This document shows positions 1 to 13,514 of a stretch of DNA of 64,000 bases, one piece after another (position 1 is the first letter of the stretch; every line of letters begins with the position of its first letter). This DNA is from Eledone cirrhosa. Lineage: Eukaryota. The position numbers were made by a program, and so were the translations under genes. The notes below the pieces were generated by a model, which had not been told where the DNA came from, made no database searches, and worked only from the letters and a program-made list of their open reading frames with translations. Location of the stretch: the NCBI GenBank assembly GCA_964016885.1, contig OZ024742.1:39246001-39310000 (forward strand). The letters run 5' to 3'.

Positions 1-309
1 CGAGAATGGCCCGTGTGAATGGGCCTTCTCTTTACATAAGCCTGTAGGTGGAAAAGAGGAAGGAACGAGGGAGCACCCCCTCTCTGTGCTCCTGAGGAAA
101 AGGGTTGCACACTTTTTTCGGGGGTGTGTGCGACCCCCCAAGGCGCCTCCTCTCTATTGAGGATTTTGTTAAAAATTTTATTTTTGTTATATCTTATTTT
201 ATTTTTATATTTTGTTATTGCCTCCTCCTTATTGAGGACGCCTTTTTGTGTAAACTCCCCCCTTTGTACTTGTCCCACTTTTGATGCCCTAGTGGCAAAT
301 AAAAGAAAC
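1..309 (+). mobile_element. 3' end of Tx1-like non-LTR retrotransposon (ORF2 C-terminus and 3' UTR), cut by the window edge
   Basis: Encodes ...[14 protein letters not shown] and has a 3' UTR nearly identical to the copies at 9391-9652 and 27958-28220. Ends GCAAATAAAAGAAA followed by a short CTTATCTA and (TA)n. Confidence 0.9.
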
Positions 310-365
310 TTATCTATATATATAAATATGTATATATATATATATACATATATATATTATATATA

Positions 366-429
<64 letters not shown>

Positions 430-558
430 ATACATAGATGTGTGTGTGTGTGTATTTTTACGCATTTGTATGAATGTTTTTCATTTCAATACTACTGTGT
501 TTTGTTCGCTTGGCCTCCCCTCAATCTTCATTGTAAGCGAGCGCATATGTGTAGATAC

Positions 559-2348
559 TTACATACCTACCTACCTACCTACCTACCTACCTACCCACCC
601 ACCTACCTACCTACCCACCTACCTACCTACCTACCTACCTACCTACCTACCTACCTACCTACCTACCTACCTACATACCTACCTACCTACCTACCTACCT
701 ACCTACCTACCTACCTACCTACATACCTACCTACCTACCTACCTACCTACCTACCTACCTACATACCTACCTACCTACCTACCTACCTACCTACCTACCT
801 ACCTATCTACATACCTACCTACCTACCTACCTTCCAAGCTACCTACCTGCCCACCTACCTACCTATCTACCTACCTACCTACCTACCTACCTACCTACCT
901 ACCCACCTACCTACCTACCTACCTACCTACCTACCTACCTACCTACCTACCTACCTACCTACCTACCTACCTACCTATCTCTCTACCTACCTGCCTACCT
1001 ACCTACCTACCTACCTACCTACCTACATACCTACCTACCCACCTAACTACCTACCTACCTACCTACCTACCTACCTACCTACCTACCTACCTACCTATCT
1101 ACCTACCTACCTACCTACCTACCTACATACCTACCTACCTACCTACCTACCTACCTACCTACCTACCTACCTACTCACCTACCTACCTGCCTACCTACCT
1201 ACCTACCTACATACCTATCTACCTACCTACCTACCTACCTACCTACCTACCTACCCACCTACCTACCTACCTACCTACCTACCTACCTACCTACCTACCT
1301 ACCTACCTACCTACATACCTACCTACCTACCTACCTACATACCTACCTACCTACCTACCTACCTTCCAACCTACCTACCTACCTACCTACCTACCTACCT
1401 ACCTACCTACCTACATACCTACCTACCTACCTACCTACCTACCTACCTACCTACCTTCCAAGCTACCTACCTGCCCACCTACCTACCTATCTAGCTACCT
1501 ACCTACCTACCTACCTACCTACCTACTCACCTACCTACCTACCTTCCAACCTACCTACCTGCCCACCTACCTACCTATCTACCTACCTACCTACCTACAT
1601 ACCTACCTACCCACCTACCTTCCTACCTACCTACCTACATACCTACCTACCTACCTACCTACCTACCTACCTTCCAACCTACCTACCTACCTACCTACCT
1701 ACCTACCTACCTACCTACCTACATACCTACCTACCTACCTACCTACCCACCTACCTACCTTCCAAGCTACCTACCTACCTACCTACCTACCTACCTACCT
1801 ACCTACCTACCTACCTTCCTACCCACCTACCTACCCACCTACCCACCCACCTACTTACCTACCTACCTACCTACCTGCCTACCTACCTACCTACCTACCT
1901 ACCTACCTACCTTCCAAGCTACCTACCTACCTACCTACCTACCTACCTACCTACCTACCTACCTTCCTACCTACCAACCTACCTACCCACCTACCTGCCC
2001 ACCTACCTACCTACCTATCTACCTACCTATCCACCTACCTACCTACCTACCTACCTACCTACCTACCTACCTACCTACCTACCTACCTACCTACCTACCT
2101 ACCTATCTACCTACCTACCTACCTACCTACCTACCTTCCAAGCTACCTACCTACCTACCTACCTACCTACCTACCTACCTACCTACCTACCTACCTACCT
2201 ACCTACCCACCTACCTACCTACCTACCTACCTACATACCTACCTACCTACCTACCTACCTACCTACCTACCTTCCTACCCACCTACCTACCCACCTACCT
2301 ACCCACCAACTTACCTACCTATCTACCTACCTACCTACCTACCTACAT
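559..2348. repeat. (CCTA)n / (TAGG)n tetranucleotide satellite, ~1.8 kb
   Basis: Read directly; recurring variant units such as CCTTCCAAGCTA and CCTACATA. Source of the PTYL-repeat ORFs. Confidence 0.97.
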
Positions 2349-2751
2349 ACACACATACATGGTGGCTGCCAACTCGTTTTCGAGTACGGCCACTACTTTA
2401 TATCCATGTAGGAGAACACCTACCGATGGGCTGAACGAGTGTGACTTTTTAGTCCAGCCAGCGACTTGAAAACTCTGGTACAAACACTACACTTGTGACA
2501 ATTACTGACATATAGTGCTGGGCCCATGGTACCATGTGACGACAAGTGCAGTGAGATCTCCAGATATAAAGCAATGCCTGTGCCGTGAAGCTTTTATAGT
2601 GTGCAAAGGCATTGCACAAAGCCAGTCCCACTCTCTTAACCAAGATGATATTTACCAAAAAGAAGAACAAGTCAACATCATTGGATATCATCAGAGTTGC
2701 AGGTGTTATATCAGAGTTTTCCTTCTCCTAGAATTCTGCCTTGACAAAGGC
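2349..2751. repeat. Interspersed repeat copy 1 (~400 bp), RTE-5'UTR-like
   Basis: Highly similar to 6466-6858; both follow (CATA)n. Contains GAGTTTTCCTTCTCCTAG, which resembles the reverse complement of a motif common in RTE-clade 5' UTRs (recalled, not searched). Confidence 0.7.
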
Positions 2752-2789
2752 TAAGGGGTCACCTCTCCCGGTGATTTTGGATTAAATCT

Positions 2790-3150
2790 ACCTCAGTACG
2801 TTATTAGTACTTTATTTTATCGACCACGTAATGATGAATGGCAAAGCTAACCTTGATGTAATTTGAACTCAGAACGTAAAGGGCCGTAACTATCTGCCGC
2901 CCGATACTGCCAATTTACCACCCTGCAGATAGTAATAATGATTTCTAGTATAAGCACAAGGCCAGTGATTGGGGGGAGGGGAGTCGATTAAATCGACACC
3001 AGTACGTTACTGGTGCTTTATTTTATCGACCCTGTAAGGATGAAAGTCAAAGTTAACCTCGGCGGGATTTGAACTCAGACCGTAAAGGGCCGTAACTATA
3101 TGCTGCAAAGCATGGTGTCCGACTCTACCGATACTGCCAATCCACCGCCC
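2790..3150 (-). mobile_element. Two adjacent tRNA-derived SINE copies
   Basis: Minus strand has B-box GAGTTCAAAT followed by GACTTTCATCCTTACAGGGTCGATAAAATAAAGCACCAG, a MetaSINE/Sauria-like central motif. Same family at 13515, 14424 and 33730. Confidence 0.8.
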
Positions 3151-3664
3151 CCCCCCCCTGTAGATAGTAATAATAAGTAATTCTTAACAACTATAAATAT
3201 TATTTTAATATATTGGGTAAAGTACCACTGGAAACTGAAAAAAGAGGACAAAGGCATGCAGGAATTCGAGTCATACATCTATCGTATGTCTCGATTCCTT
3301 TATGGCGTCTCTGGCCATTTTTATTTTTGTCCCCAGTGGTACTTCGCTCAACGTATTCAACTATTATTTATAGCTATCGACTATTATTATAGTTATCTGC
3401 GTTGTGGCGATTATATTTTCAAATTTCAAATTTTCTAATGCCTCGTTAACCTAATATTGAGCATTCAATTTTAAAGCTGAATGGAACATTCGTAAGTCGT
3501 AGTAAAGATGAAATATTCCAATACTTATTTGGCAGAGAATATATTTTCAAAATTTAATGGTGAACTATGAATTTTTTGTCAGAATTATACGTAGATATTT
3601 GAACGCATAATAAACGTATAGTAGTTGTATGTTCTGAAGAAACTATTCGCAAAAATTATAAAAG

Positions 3665-3980
3665 CGAGTGGCTTAGTAGTAAGAGTGTTTGGCTGACGAT
3701 CCTAAGGTCGTGAGTTCGATTCCCGGCGTTGAGTTCATGAGCAAGACACTTTATTTCACGTTGCTCCAGTTCACTCAGATAGCAAAAATGAGCTGTAAAT
3801 GTAATTGAAAGGGCTAGCCTTTTCACCCACAGCACCACGCTGAATCTCCCTAAAGACTTCGTTAAGGGTGCATGTGTCTGTTGAATACTCAGCTACTTGC
3901 ATATTAATTTCTCGAGCAGGTGGTTCCAGTGTCCGAACATGTGGAACGCTCATTGGCGAAACTAACGGATGTCCAACTCA
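3665..3980 (+). mobile_element. tRNA-derived SINE (second family)
   Basis: A-box-like TGGCTTAGTAG, B-box GAGTTCGATTCC, then GAGCAAGACACTTTATTTCACGTTGCTCCAG. Related copies at 29476, 29771, 31243 and 50375. Confidence 0.8.
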
Positions 3981-4652
3981 CACATGATTAATAAATATGC
4001 TCGTTTTTGCTTTAAATTATTTATTGCCTTTTGCCCCTAATGAGTAGTTTTCCTTTTCAGTGTTCGCAATTCAGCGATAACTTGGCATAGCATAGACCAA
4101 CGTAAAAAAAATAATAATAATAATAACAACTATCATTATTCATCTAAAACATGTTATGTGTCTTTCAAACAAATATACTGAACATGTGTTCTACATTAAA
4201 TGATCATGAGAATTAAGAAACGCATAAATAGATTAATGATAATTCATGTGGCAAGAAAAACAACAACAACAAAAACAAAACAACTACAACAGCAACAGAA
4301 ATGTTGGACATGTTTATCTTAATAGAAATCTAGATGTGGAATAGGCAGTTTACCAAGAAAGTATAGGTAAATTGAAAAACTTTCTCAGAATCGACAGCAA
4401 AGGTAGATTAATATCACGCCACATTTTTAGCAATATATCGTCGCTATAATTATAGGTATATATTTCAAAGGAATGAAAGAGAGAGATAGAGATAGAGAGA
4501 GATAGAGAGAGGGAGAGAGAGAGAGATGCGAAATAACTACTGAATAAAAGATATATATAAACGCTATTAATGAATCAAAATGTGACTGTCCAAAGTTTGT
4601 GCGAAAAATATTACACAAACCCACACAGATACCCAATGTTATGTATATATAT

Positions 4653-4726
<74 letters not shown>

Positions 4727-4737
4727 ATATATATATG

Positions 4738-4912
<175 letters not shown>

Positions 4913-5081
4913 CAATATGTTGAAAAGGTAACACACCAGAGAGAGATATACAGTGCGTTATCAATAAAACAGGGGAAAAAACCACCAGTGTATGGAATCT
5001 ATAACCTATGAATGGCAGACTATAGACACGATAATTAAAAATATAAATTAAAGCGTAAATAAATACCTCTATAACTATATA

Positions 5082-5175
5082 ACACACGTACAAATCCAAA
5101 GATACTAATCCAAAGATATGTTTCACCAGTAATTTGTTGAAAGAAATGGGTTAGCCTCGGTTCATCAGCGTGTGT
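5082..5175 (-). ncRNA. Type I hammerhead ribozyme
   Basis: Minus strand: ACACACG-CTGATGA-ACCG...TGGT-GAAAC-ATATC...GATTT-GTA/CGTGTGT. 7-bp stem I, intact core, GUA cleavage triplet. Confidence 0.75.
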
Positions 5176-5375
5176 AAGGCCATACATTTCAGACAACACT
5201 AAGAGAATTTTAAAATTGACTGTCCAGCTACACGTGGGAGAGAGAAGTCACAGCGTGTTTAAGGGCAGTGAACCAGTGGCCTCTGAGGGCGAACTGCTAA
5301 AAAGGGCAGCCCAAAGCCACTCAGAGAAGTGTGCTCAACCAAACAGAAATAGGAAAGACTGTTATTAGGAGCGAA

Positions 5376-5449
5376 ATATCACGATAAATTAACGGAGGTA
5401 TAGGCCCTCGCTAGCGAGGGCCTATGCCTCCGTTAAGTTATCGTGATAT
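5376..5449. repeat. 74-bp near-perfect palindrome abutting (TA)n
   Basis: ATATCACGATAAATTAACGGAGGTATAGGCCCTCGCT|AGCGAGGGCCTATGCCTCCGTTAAGTTATCGTGATAT, with no spacer. Confidence 0.9.
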
Positions 5450-5509
5450 ATATATATACACGCTAGCGTGGAAGATAAACGTTAAACGATGATGATGATG
5501 ATGATGATG

Positions 5510-5608
<99 letters not shown>

Positions 5609-5659
5609 TGTATATATAATTGTGTGCGTGTGAGGTGTGAGCGTGAGTGTGTGTTTTAT

Positions 5660-6200
5660 ATTGAAAACACGACTGTGTTCCAGTTTGATAATTTTTATTA
5701 AGGATTTTTCGTATTTCCTTATTTTTTCTTTATGCTTAGTATGGAAGAATAGTGTTGCTAAAACCATGTGTGCATTAACGCTTCGAGACTTTGACAGCCC
5801 CGTCTTCAGAATCACAATTGTCATATGCTTAGCAGGGATAGTAAAGGATCATAAGGGTAGTAGTAAACCATGGACACCTGATTTAAAATTTCTCAAAGGT
5901 TGAAGGAGGGTATCTTATATATTAGTTTTCATGTTTGCTGTATCTGTGTGTTTAATATTGGTAAATCCCCCATAGTTGTTCGGCTTGTTTTATGTGGAAT
6001 TCTATATAGAATTATAGTGTTATCAACTAATGTAGTCCCAGATAGGATGTTAGTAATTAAACTGTGGTTATACTATCTCCGTTCACAATCAAGTTTTATC
6101 AGACGACACTATCAATACAACCATTAATGTAGCATTCAATAATTGACTAACACGAACATAATGGTAAAAACTGTGAATGTTTCCTAATCTGTCGGGTGAA
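5660..6200 (-). pseudogene. Highly decayed Penelope-like ORF C-terminus (linker / GIY-YIG end)
   Basis: Minus-strand fragments such as KEKIRKYEKSLIKIIKLE and IKQAEQLWGFTN resemble PLE C-termini. Many frameshifts; similarity judged by eye only. Confidence 0.35.
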
Positions 6201-6465
6201 TTTTTAGATGTGGTACACAATGAGGTATAATCTTTGGTTTTTTTTAATATTCCATTCACTGATCATTATGTGGTTTTTAAGACTCACACCAATCGTTGGC
6301 TATTTCAAGTGAAGACAGGTAGATTGTCCCAAAGAAATTATACATATATGTACATAAGCAGATACACACACACACACATACATACATACAGCCACGCATA
6401 CATAAATGCATATATACACACACACATACATGCATACATGCATACATACATACATACATACATAC

Positions 6466-7060
6466 ATGGGGGCTGCCAACTCGTTTTCGAGTAAGGCCAC
6501 TACTTTATATCCATGTAGGAGAACACCTACCGATGCGCTGAACGAGTGTGACTTTTTAGTCCAGCCAGCGACTTGAAAGCTCTGGTACAAACACTACACC
6601 TGTGACAATTATTGACACATAGTGCTGGGCCCATGATACCATGTGACGACAAGTGCAGAGAGATCTCCAGACATAAAGCAATGCCTGTGCCGTGAAGCTT
6701 TTATAGTGAGCAAAGGCACTGCACAAAGCCAGTCCCACTCTCTTAACCAAGATGATATTTACCAAAAAGAAGAACAAGTCAACATCATTGGATACCATCA
6801 GGGTTGCAGGTGTTATATCAGAGTTTTCCTTCTCCTAGAATTCTGCCTTGACAAAGGCACCAGTTGGTGCTACTGGTAACATGTATCCCAGTACAACCTG
6901 TCCCGTAGTCGGGTCGTTGGCGACTAAACTGGCAACCCCACCAAGGTTTCTTGGTGAGGAGGGTGACTTTGGACATCCTGCAGGACTAAAAACAAAACCT
7001 GTCAAAGGGCAAAGGAGCTCTTAAGAGTCAATGGCCATCCAAAATCACCGGGAGAGATGA
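6466..7060. repeat. Interspersed repeat copy 2 (longer), flanked by (CATA)n
   Basis: 6466-6858 matches 2349-2751; continues ~200 bp to the next (CATA)n. Confidence 0.7.
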
Positions 7061-8666
7061 CATACATACATACATACATACATACATGAGGATTACAGCG
7101 TCTTCACAGACGATTGCCGTCTCTTATTGATTCTTCGTTATTATCCCATCTACGTCCATGACTTCGTAGATGACTTTGTAGGCCAGCTGTAAATCTGCAT
7201 GGTTTACGACACATGTGACAGAAGAGAGTTGTGATTTCCACGGGACCGGTGGGATCACCCTGTACCACCATGTGTTTTTTAGTCTGGAACTAGTTCTACA
7301 CATTTTGTTGCATCTTACGCATGTTGTTTTGCCAGGTCTTTGTTGAGTGATGTTGCGGATGGTTATACTTTCATGTGACTTCAGGTGATTAACATAACCA
7401 GCCCTGAGAGGAGTAGATGCTGACAGAAATGGCATGTCCAACTACTGATGATTTAATCAAGACAGTGAGAACAGCTCTTCCGGAGCTGGCTTTTCAGTTG
7501 TTTATGTCCTAGATGACATTCTTCAAAAGTTTTGCAACTGCCCTTTATACGCTTTCTCCACTCAGCGCTATTTAGAGCTCTCTCCTCCCAGTTGTCTATA
7601 TCAAATGCCAGCTCTTTGAGGTTGTTCTTGAAGTTGTCCTTGAATCTCATTTTCGGTTTGTGTTGAAGCCTTTTGCCAAGATGGAACTCACCATAAAACA
7701 GTTGCATCGGGGTCCTACTTTCTTTCATGCGGACGATATGTCCTGTCATTTGAGAAGATGTTACTTGGGACTCAATGCTTTGAGATTCTGCTTTGATAAG
7801 TGTATGGTTGTCAGGGGTTCTGTCTTGCCACTTGATGTTGAATATGCGCCTTAAAAATTTCTGCTGAAAACGCTCAAGCAATTTTGTGTATTTGCAGAAT
7901 AGCGCCGAGGTTTCGGCGGAGTATAAAAAAGCAGACAGAACACATGATCTATACACACACACACCTTGGTATTGTTGGAAATGTTGCGATTTGCCCAAAC
8001 GGTCCATAATATCTTGCATGATAGCTTCTATGTGCTAGGAAGTCAGCGTCGTCGGTGTAAAGAAGGTTTCTGATCAAAGCTTGAAAAGGTTTTGTCTTGG
8101 CATTAAACCTGCTTAAGTTGAAAACCTTTCCAGTGGTTCTGAACCGCTAGAAAATGCCTGTCACAATCATGGAAAGCATGTGTGAGCAAGGCAGCAAAGA
8201 AGATGGAGAAAAGCGTAGGAGCAGGAATATCACCTTTCTTTACCCCATTGTCAATTGGGATTTCCCCAGATAGTTGACCATTGAAGGTAACCCGACCTTT
8301 CATATTTCTGTGCAGCTGCTTTAACATACTCACAAACTTGGGTGGACATCACACTTTTCCAAGTATTATACAGAGTACATCACTGTTAAGGTCGGCAAAG
8401 ACTTGGTATAGAGGGACACTGCTTATTGACACTGCTCAATGCATTTTTCTTGTATGTCTCTTACAGAGAAAATCATGCCATTCTGTGATTGTGGGATTGC
8501 TGTAGGACAGATATCTTCCTCCAGTCTGTTGAGAAAAAGTCTTGCGAGAAACTTGCCAACAATCTCCAACAAAGTGAGGCCACAGTAGTTTCCACATATC
8601 GATCTTTCAACTTTGCCTTTGTATAATGACAACAGAATACCGTTGATCCAGCCATCCATACATACA
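7061..8666 (-). mobile_element. Decayed, 5'-truncated RTE-clade LINE (RT and C-terminal region)
   Basis: Motifs across frames: KGKVERSICGNYCGLTLL, GVKKGDIPAPTLFSIFF, LLYTDDAD, YRSCVLSAFLYSAET, LERFQQKFLRRIFNIKWQD, GHIVRMKESRTPMQLFYGE. (ATGT)n tail at 7061-7086. Confidence 0.88.
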
Positions 8667-8773
8667 TGCTCGTATAGATAGTTGTTTGGCTTCTTTTATG
8701 TGGAATTATATATTGAATTATAGTGTGTGTGTGTATATATATAGAGAGAGATAAATAGATAGATAGATATATG

Positions 8774-8871
<98 letters not shown>

Positions 8872-8937
8872 TAGATAGATAGATAGATAGGTATATGTAT
8901 ATATATATAAATATATATATAAATCGTTCTTGCCAAG

Positions 8938-8970
<33 letters not shown>

Positions 8971-8974
<4 letters not shown>

Positions 8975-9652
8975 GTCCCAGATGCGTGTGCGACGAGGAA
9001 ACCGTTACACACGCATTGGTACACTGCTCGGGCGCAGCCGATCTGTGGGGCTATGTCGAACAACTGCTGTCAAGGGTGGGACCGATCCGGTTGACCACCG
9101 AGTCTATTGTAATGATCAAGCCGCCTCCCCCCTTCAAAGATGAAGCAGAGGCGGTGTTTCTGTGCGTAATAGCCATGGCGAAAGAGGTTGTATGGTGGAC
9201 GCGTCTGAAAGGACTGAGGTCGGGCACCTTTCTCTCTGGCCAACAACTGGTCCGTTTCTTCCGATATCATTTCGGAAGAAGGATCAGGATGGAGAGAGAG
9301 GTGCTGCACCCCAGCCGTTTCTATGAAAGATGGGTGAAAGTGGCGAGAATGGCCCGTGTGAATGGGCCTTCACTCTACATCAGACTATAGGTGAGGAAGA
9401 TGAAAGACCAAGGGAGCACCCCTTCTCTGTGCTCCTGAGGAGAAGGGTTGCACACTTTTTTCGGGGGTGTGTGCGACCCCCCAAGGCGCCTCCTCTCTAT
9501 TGAGGATTTTGTTAAAAATTTTATTTTTTGTGATATCTTATTTTATTTTTATATTTTGTTATTGCCTCCTCCTTATTGAGGACGCCTTTTTGTGTAAACT
9601 CCCCCCTTTGTACTTGTCCCACTTTTGATGCCCTAGAGGCAAATAAAAGAAA
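8971..9652 (+). mobile_element. 5'-truncated Tx1-like copy A in (TATC)n
   Basis: Matches the 3' ~680 bp of the full element. 5' junction uses ATCT microhomology with (TATC)n; 3' end followed by (TCTA)n. Confidence 0.95.
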
Positions 9653-9669
9653 TCTATCTATCTATCTAT

Positions 9670-10736
9670 CTCGTTTGTGAGACGAACCTTTCCCAGACTC
9701 GTCTCACTCACCGAGCTGCAATCCTGGGTCAAGCAAAGACCGAGAAAACTGGGCGCCTGGCACACTGAGTGTGCCCAGGCGCTCACCGCCCTCTGGCAGG
9801 CGGATCCGGTTATCAGTGGAGACTCCACCGCAACATTCTATAGAGGGCTGGTACGCAGCAGGTGCGACGACGCCCTCGGAGAAGCCCTAGACATGGAGGA
9901 GGACGAACTGGCCAGCCTGTTCGGTAGGACATTCAGCCCGGGACCTATGGACAACTTCCAGAAGTCCCTGGCCTGGCAGTGCTACCGAGGGGCTTTACCC
10001 GTTCGAGAAAGGCTCTACAGACACGGGCGCCCGGGTAGGGACCCCGCCAAAAAGATCTGTCCCAGATGCGTGTGCGACGAGGAAACCGTTGCACACGCAT
10101 TAGTACACTGCTCGGGCGTAGCCGATCTGTGGGGCTATGTCGAACAACTGCTGTCAAGGGTGGGACCGATCCGGTTGACCACCGAGTCTATTGTAATGAT
10201 CAAGCCGCCTCCCCCCTTCAAAGATGAAGCAGAGGCGGTGTTTCTGTGCGTAATAGCCATGGCGAAAGAGGTTGTATGGTGGACGCGTCTGAAAGGACTG
10301 AGGTCGGGCACCTTTCTCTCTGGCCAACAACTGGTCCGTTTCTTCCGATATCATTTCGGAAGAAGGATCAGGATGGAGAGAGAGGTGCTGCACCCCAGCC
10401 GTTTCTATGAAAGATGGGTGAAAGTGGCGAGAATGGCCCGTGTGAATGGGCCTTCACTCTACATCAGACTATAGGTGAGGAAGATGAAAGACCAAGGGAG
10501 CACCCCTTCTCTGTGCTCCTGAGGAGAAGGGTTGCACACTTTTTTCGGGGGTGTGTGCGACCCCCCAAGGCGCCTCCTCTCTATTGAGGATTTTGTTAAA
10601 AATTTTATTTTTTGTTATATCTTATTTTATTTTTATATTTTGTTATTGCCTCCTCCTTATTGAGGACGCCTTTTTGTGTAAACTCCCCCCTTTGTACTTG
10701 TCCCACTTTTGATGCCCTAGTGGCAAATAAAAGAAA
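9670..10736 (+). mobile_element. 5'-truncated Tx1-like copy B in (TATC)n
   Basis: Open 265-aa ORF2 C-terminus with zinc-finger-like CPRC...HALVHC; flanked by TATC repeats. Confidence 0.95.
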
Positions 10737-10757
10737 TCTATCTATTTATCTATGTGT

Positions 10758-12054
10758 GTCATCTACTACCGCCTGACCGTAGTGCCCAGCCCAAGGGAAA
10801 CCCTCACCAAGATGGAGCGCGCGCTCTTCCAATTCCTTTGGAAGAGGCGGGCTCCTATGGTGAGGAGATCCATCTGCTGTCAACACCCTTCGAAAGGAGG
10901 GCTGGGGATGCCGTGGCTAATGATGCGTAAACACGCATTAAGGCTACGGCACCTCTACGTATTCCTCACCGGACAACCGGTGTGGGCCTCGTTTGTGAGA
11001 CGAACCTTTCCCAGACTCGTCTCACTCACCGAGCTGCAATCCTGGGTCAAGCAAAGACCGAGAAAACTGGGCGCCTGGCACACTGAGTGTGCCCAGGCGC
11101 TCACCGCCCTCTGGCAGGCGGATCCGGTTATCAGTGGAGACTCCGCCGCAACATTCTATAGAGGGCTGGTACGCAGCAGATGCGACGACGCCCTCGGAGA
11201 AGCCCTAGACATGGAGGAGGACGAACTGGCCAGCCTGTTCGGTAGGACATTCAGCCCGGGACCTATGGACAACTTCCAGAAGTCCCTGGCCTGGCAGTGC
11301 TACCGAGGGGCTTTACCCGTTCGAGAAAGGCTCTACAGACACGGGCGCCCGGGTAGGGACCCCGCCAAAAAGATCTGTCCCAGATGCGTGTGCGACGAGG
11401 AAACCGTTGCACACGCATCAGTACACTGCTCGGGCGTAGCCGATCTGTGGGGCTAAGTCGAACAACTGCTGTCAAGGGTGGGACCGATCCGGTTGACCAC
11501 CGAGTCTATTGTAATGATCAAGCCGCCTCCCCCCTTCAAAGATGAAGCAGAGGCGGTGTTTCTGTGCGTAATAGCCATGGCGAAAGAGGTTGTATGGTGG
11601 ACGCGTCTGAAAGGACTGAGGTCGGGCACCTTTCTCTCTGGCCAACAACTGGTCCGTTTCTTCCGATATCATTTCGGAAGAAGGATCAGGATGGAGAGAG
11701 AGGTGCTGCACCCCAGCCGTTTCTATGAAAGATGGGTGAAAGTGGCGAGAATGGCCCGTGTGAATGGGCCTTCACTCTACATCAGACTATAGGTGAGGAA
11801 GATGAAAGACCAAGGGAGCACCCCTTCTCTGTGCTCCTGAGGAGAAGGGTTGCACACTTTTTTCGGGGGTGTGTGCGACCCCCCAAGGCGCCTCCTCTCT
11901 ATTGAGGATTTTGTTAAAAATTTTATTTTTTGTTATATCTTATTTTATTTTTATATTTTGTTATTGCCTCCTCCTTATTGAGGACGCCTTTTTGTGTAAA
12001 CTCCCCCCTTTGTACTTGTCCCACTTTTGATGCCCTAGTGGCAAATAAAAGAAA
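10758..12054 (+). mobile_element. 5'-truncated Tx1-like copy C with 21-bp TSD
   Basis: TATCTATTTATCTATGTGTGT at 10739-10759 and 12057-12077; one premature stop at 11454-11456. Confidence 0.95.
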
Positions 12055-12084
12055 TATATCTATTTATCTATGTGTGTAATAAGG

Positions 12085-12124
<40 letters not shown>

Positions 12125-12288
12125 CTTTTGTTAATGAAAGGCTTATATCCCCAGAAAATGAGATTTTGGTCCAAGTTTAATATATTTTATTACTTCTCTG
12201 TAGATAATTTATTAAAATATTTCATCCTTTCATTGAGATATTTTCGTATTAGAGACAGTTAAATTTATAATGTTATAAATTGATATAC

Positions 12289-12354
<66 letters not shown>

Positions 12355-12357
<3 letters not shown>

Positions 12358-12860
12358 CAAGATTTAGCAAATAAGAAATTTTAAAAAGTTCACTATACCT
12401 GTTGTAATTACCCTTACCGTACGGTTTCAAGTCTCGAAATAAATGGATAATCCATACGGAAATCCATTGAAAAAGAAGACTTTCGTCAGAGGGTTCTTTT
12501 TGCTCGGAGAATATATAATTCCCGAGTTCTAAATCACGAACTGGCGCCATTCAAAATTGTTCCCGAGATGAGAGTGTATGATGAAGAAGCAATTCTGTCT
12601 AGTGCCATGTGTAAAGATAGAAGGCAGAGGTGGAATGGTCAATCTACTGCCACTAGAAATAGCAGCAGTTAAAACGACCAAAATGTTATCTCGACCAGGG
12701 GAGATTAATAATAATAAGCTATGTATCCCTACATGCAAAATACATATAGGGACACATGTATTATCCAACCGTATGCCAATGTGGTTCTATGGCAGGTTAA
12801 TAAATTAACGAGCCAGAACATATATATGGTCCATTTGGTTCCTTACCACAACTCCTTCGT
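12355..12860 (-). mobile_element. PLE 3'-end remnant between (TA)n tracts
   Basis: Minus frame IDHSTSAFYLYT... resembles the end of a PLE GIY-YIG domain and is followed by a hammerhead. Right edge 12828-12860 matches the terminal tail of fold-back family A. Confidence 0.55.
12410..12494 (-). ncRNA. Type I hammerhead ribozyme
   Basis: ACCCT-CTGACGA-AAGTCT...AGACTT-GAAAC-CGTACG-GTA/AGGGT. Perfect stems I and II; palindromic stem III (ACCGTACGGT). Confidence 0.88.
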
Positions 12861-13002
<142 letters not shown>

Positions 13003-13088
13003 TAAGTGTTTGCCCGACAGCTATATATATACTCTACTTTCTTATGTATTGGAACGCTTCTATTCGTACATCTTTTTGTTACATAATT

Positions 13089-13138
13089 CTATTATAGGTA
13101 TTTCGAAGATGTCAGAGTGGCATGTTCTCATCAGATAG
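13089..13138 (-). ncRNA. Minimal type I hammerhead ribozyme
   Basis: CTAT-CTGATGA-GAACATG...CATCTTC-GAAA-TACCT-ATA/ATAG, within a ~190-bp island between (TA)n tracts. Confidence 0.7.
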
Positions 13139-13181
13139 CGTAAGATGTATTATTCTATTTTTGGATATGTTACATCAACTG

Positions 13182-13268
<87 letters not shown>

Positions 13269-13514
13269 CAGTATATATATGAAGTCCGGAAAGACGACTA
13301 ATCAAAATAGCACCTCATACCTAAATATACCATCTCTGCATAATGGGATGCAGAGTTGATATATTTAGGGCTGACGACCTTAGTGTGTGTGAAGGCACGA
13401 GTAGAAATCGCAGGAGCTCATACATTCATGCACCTAGATAAATATATATAAATGTATAGATATGTATGCACGCATACATACACATGTGTTCTGATATATA
13501 TAAACATTATATAT

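Noticed and set aside
559-2348. Telomere-like array
   Set aside because: The unit is TAGG, not TTAGGG or TTAGG, and it is interstitial.
124-2434. 456-aa and 664-aa PTYL-repeat ORFs
   Set aside because: Translations of (CCTA)n, which has no stop codon on this strand.
13310-13420. Hammerhead candidate (long hairpin followed by CTGACGA)
   Set aside because: GAAA is not adjacent to a closable stem II, and stem III is not convincing.
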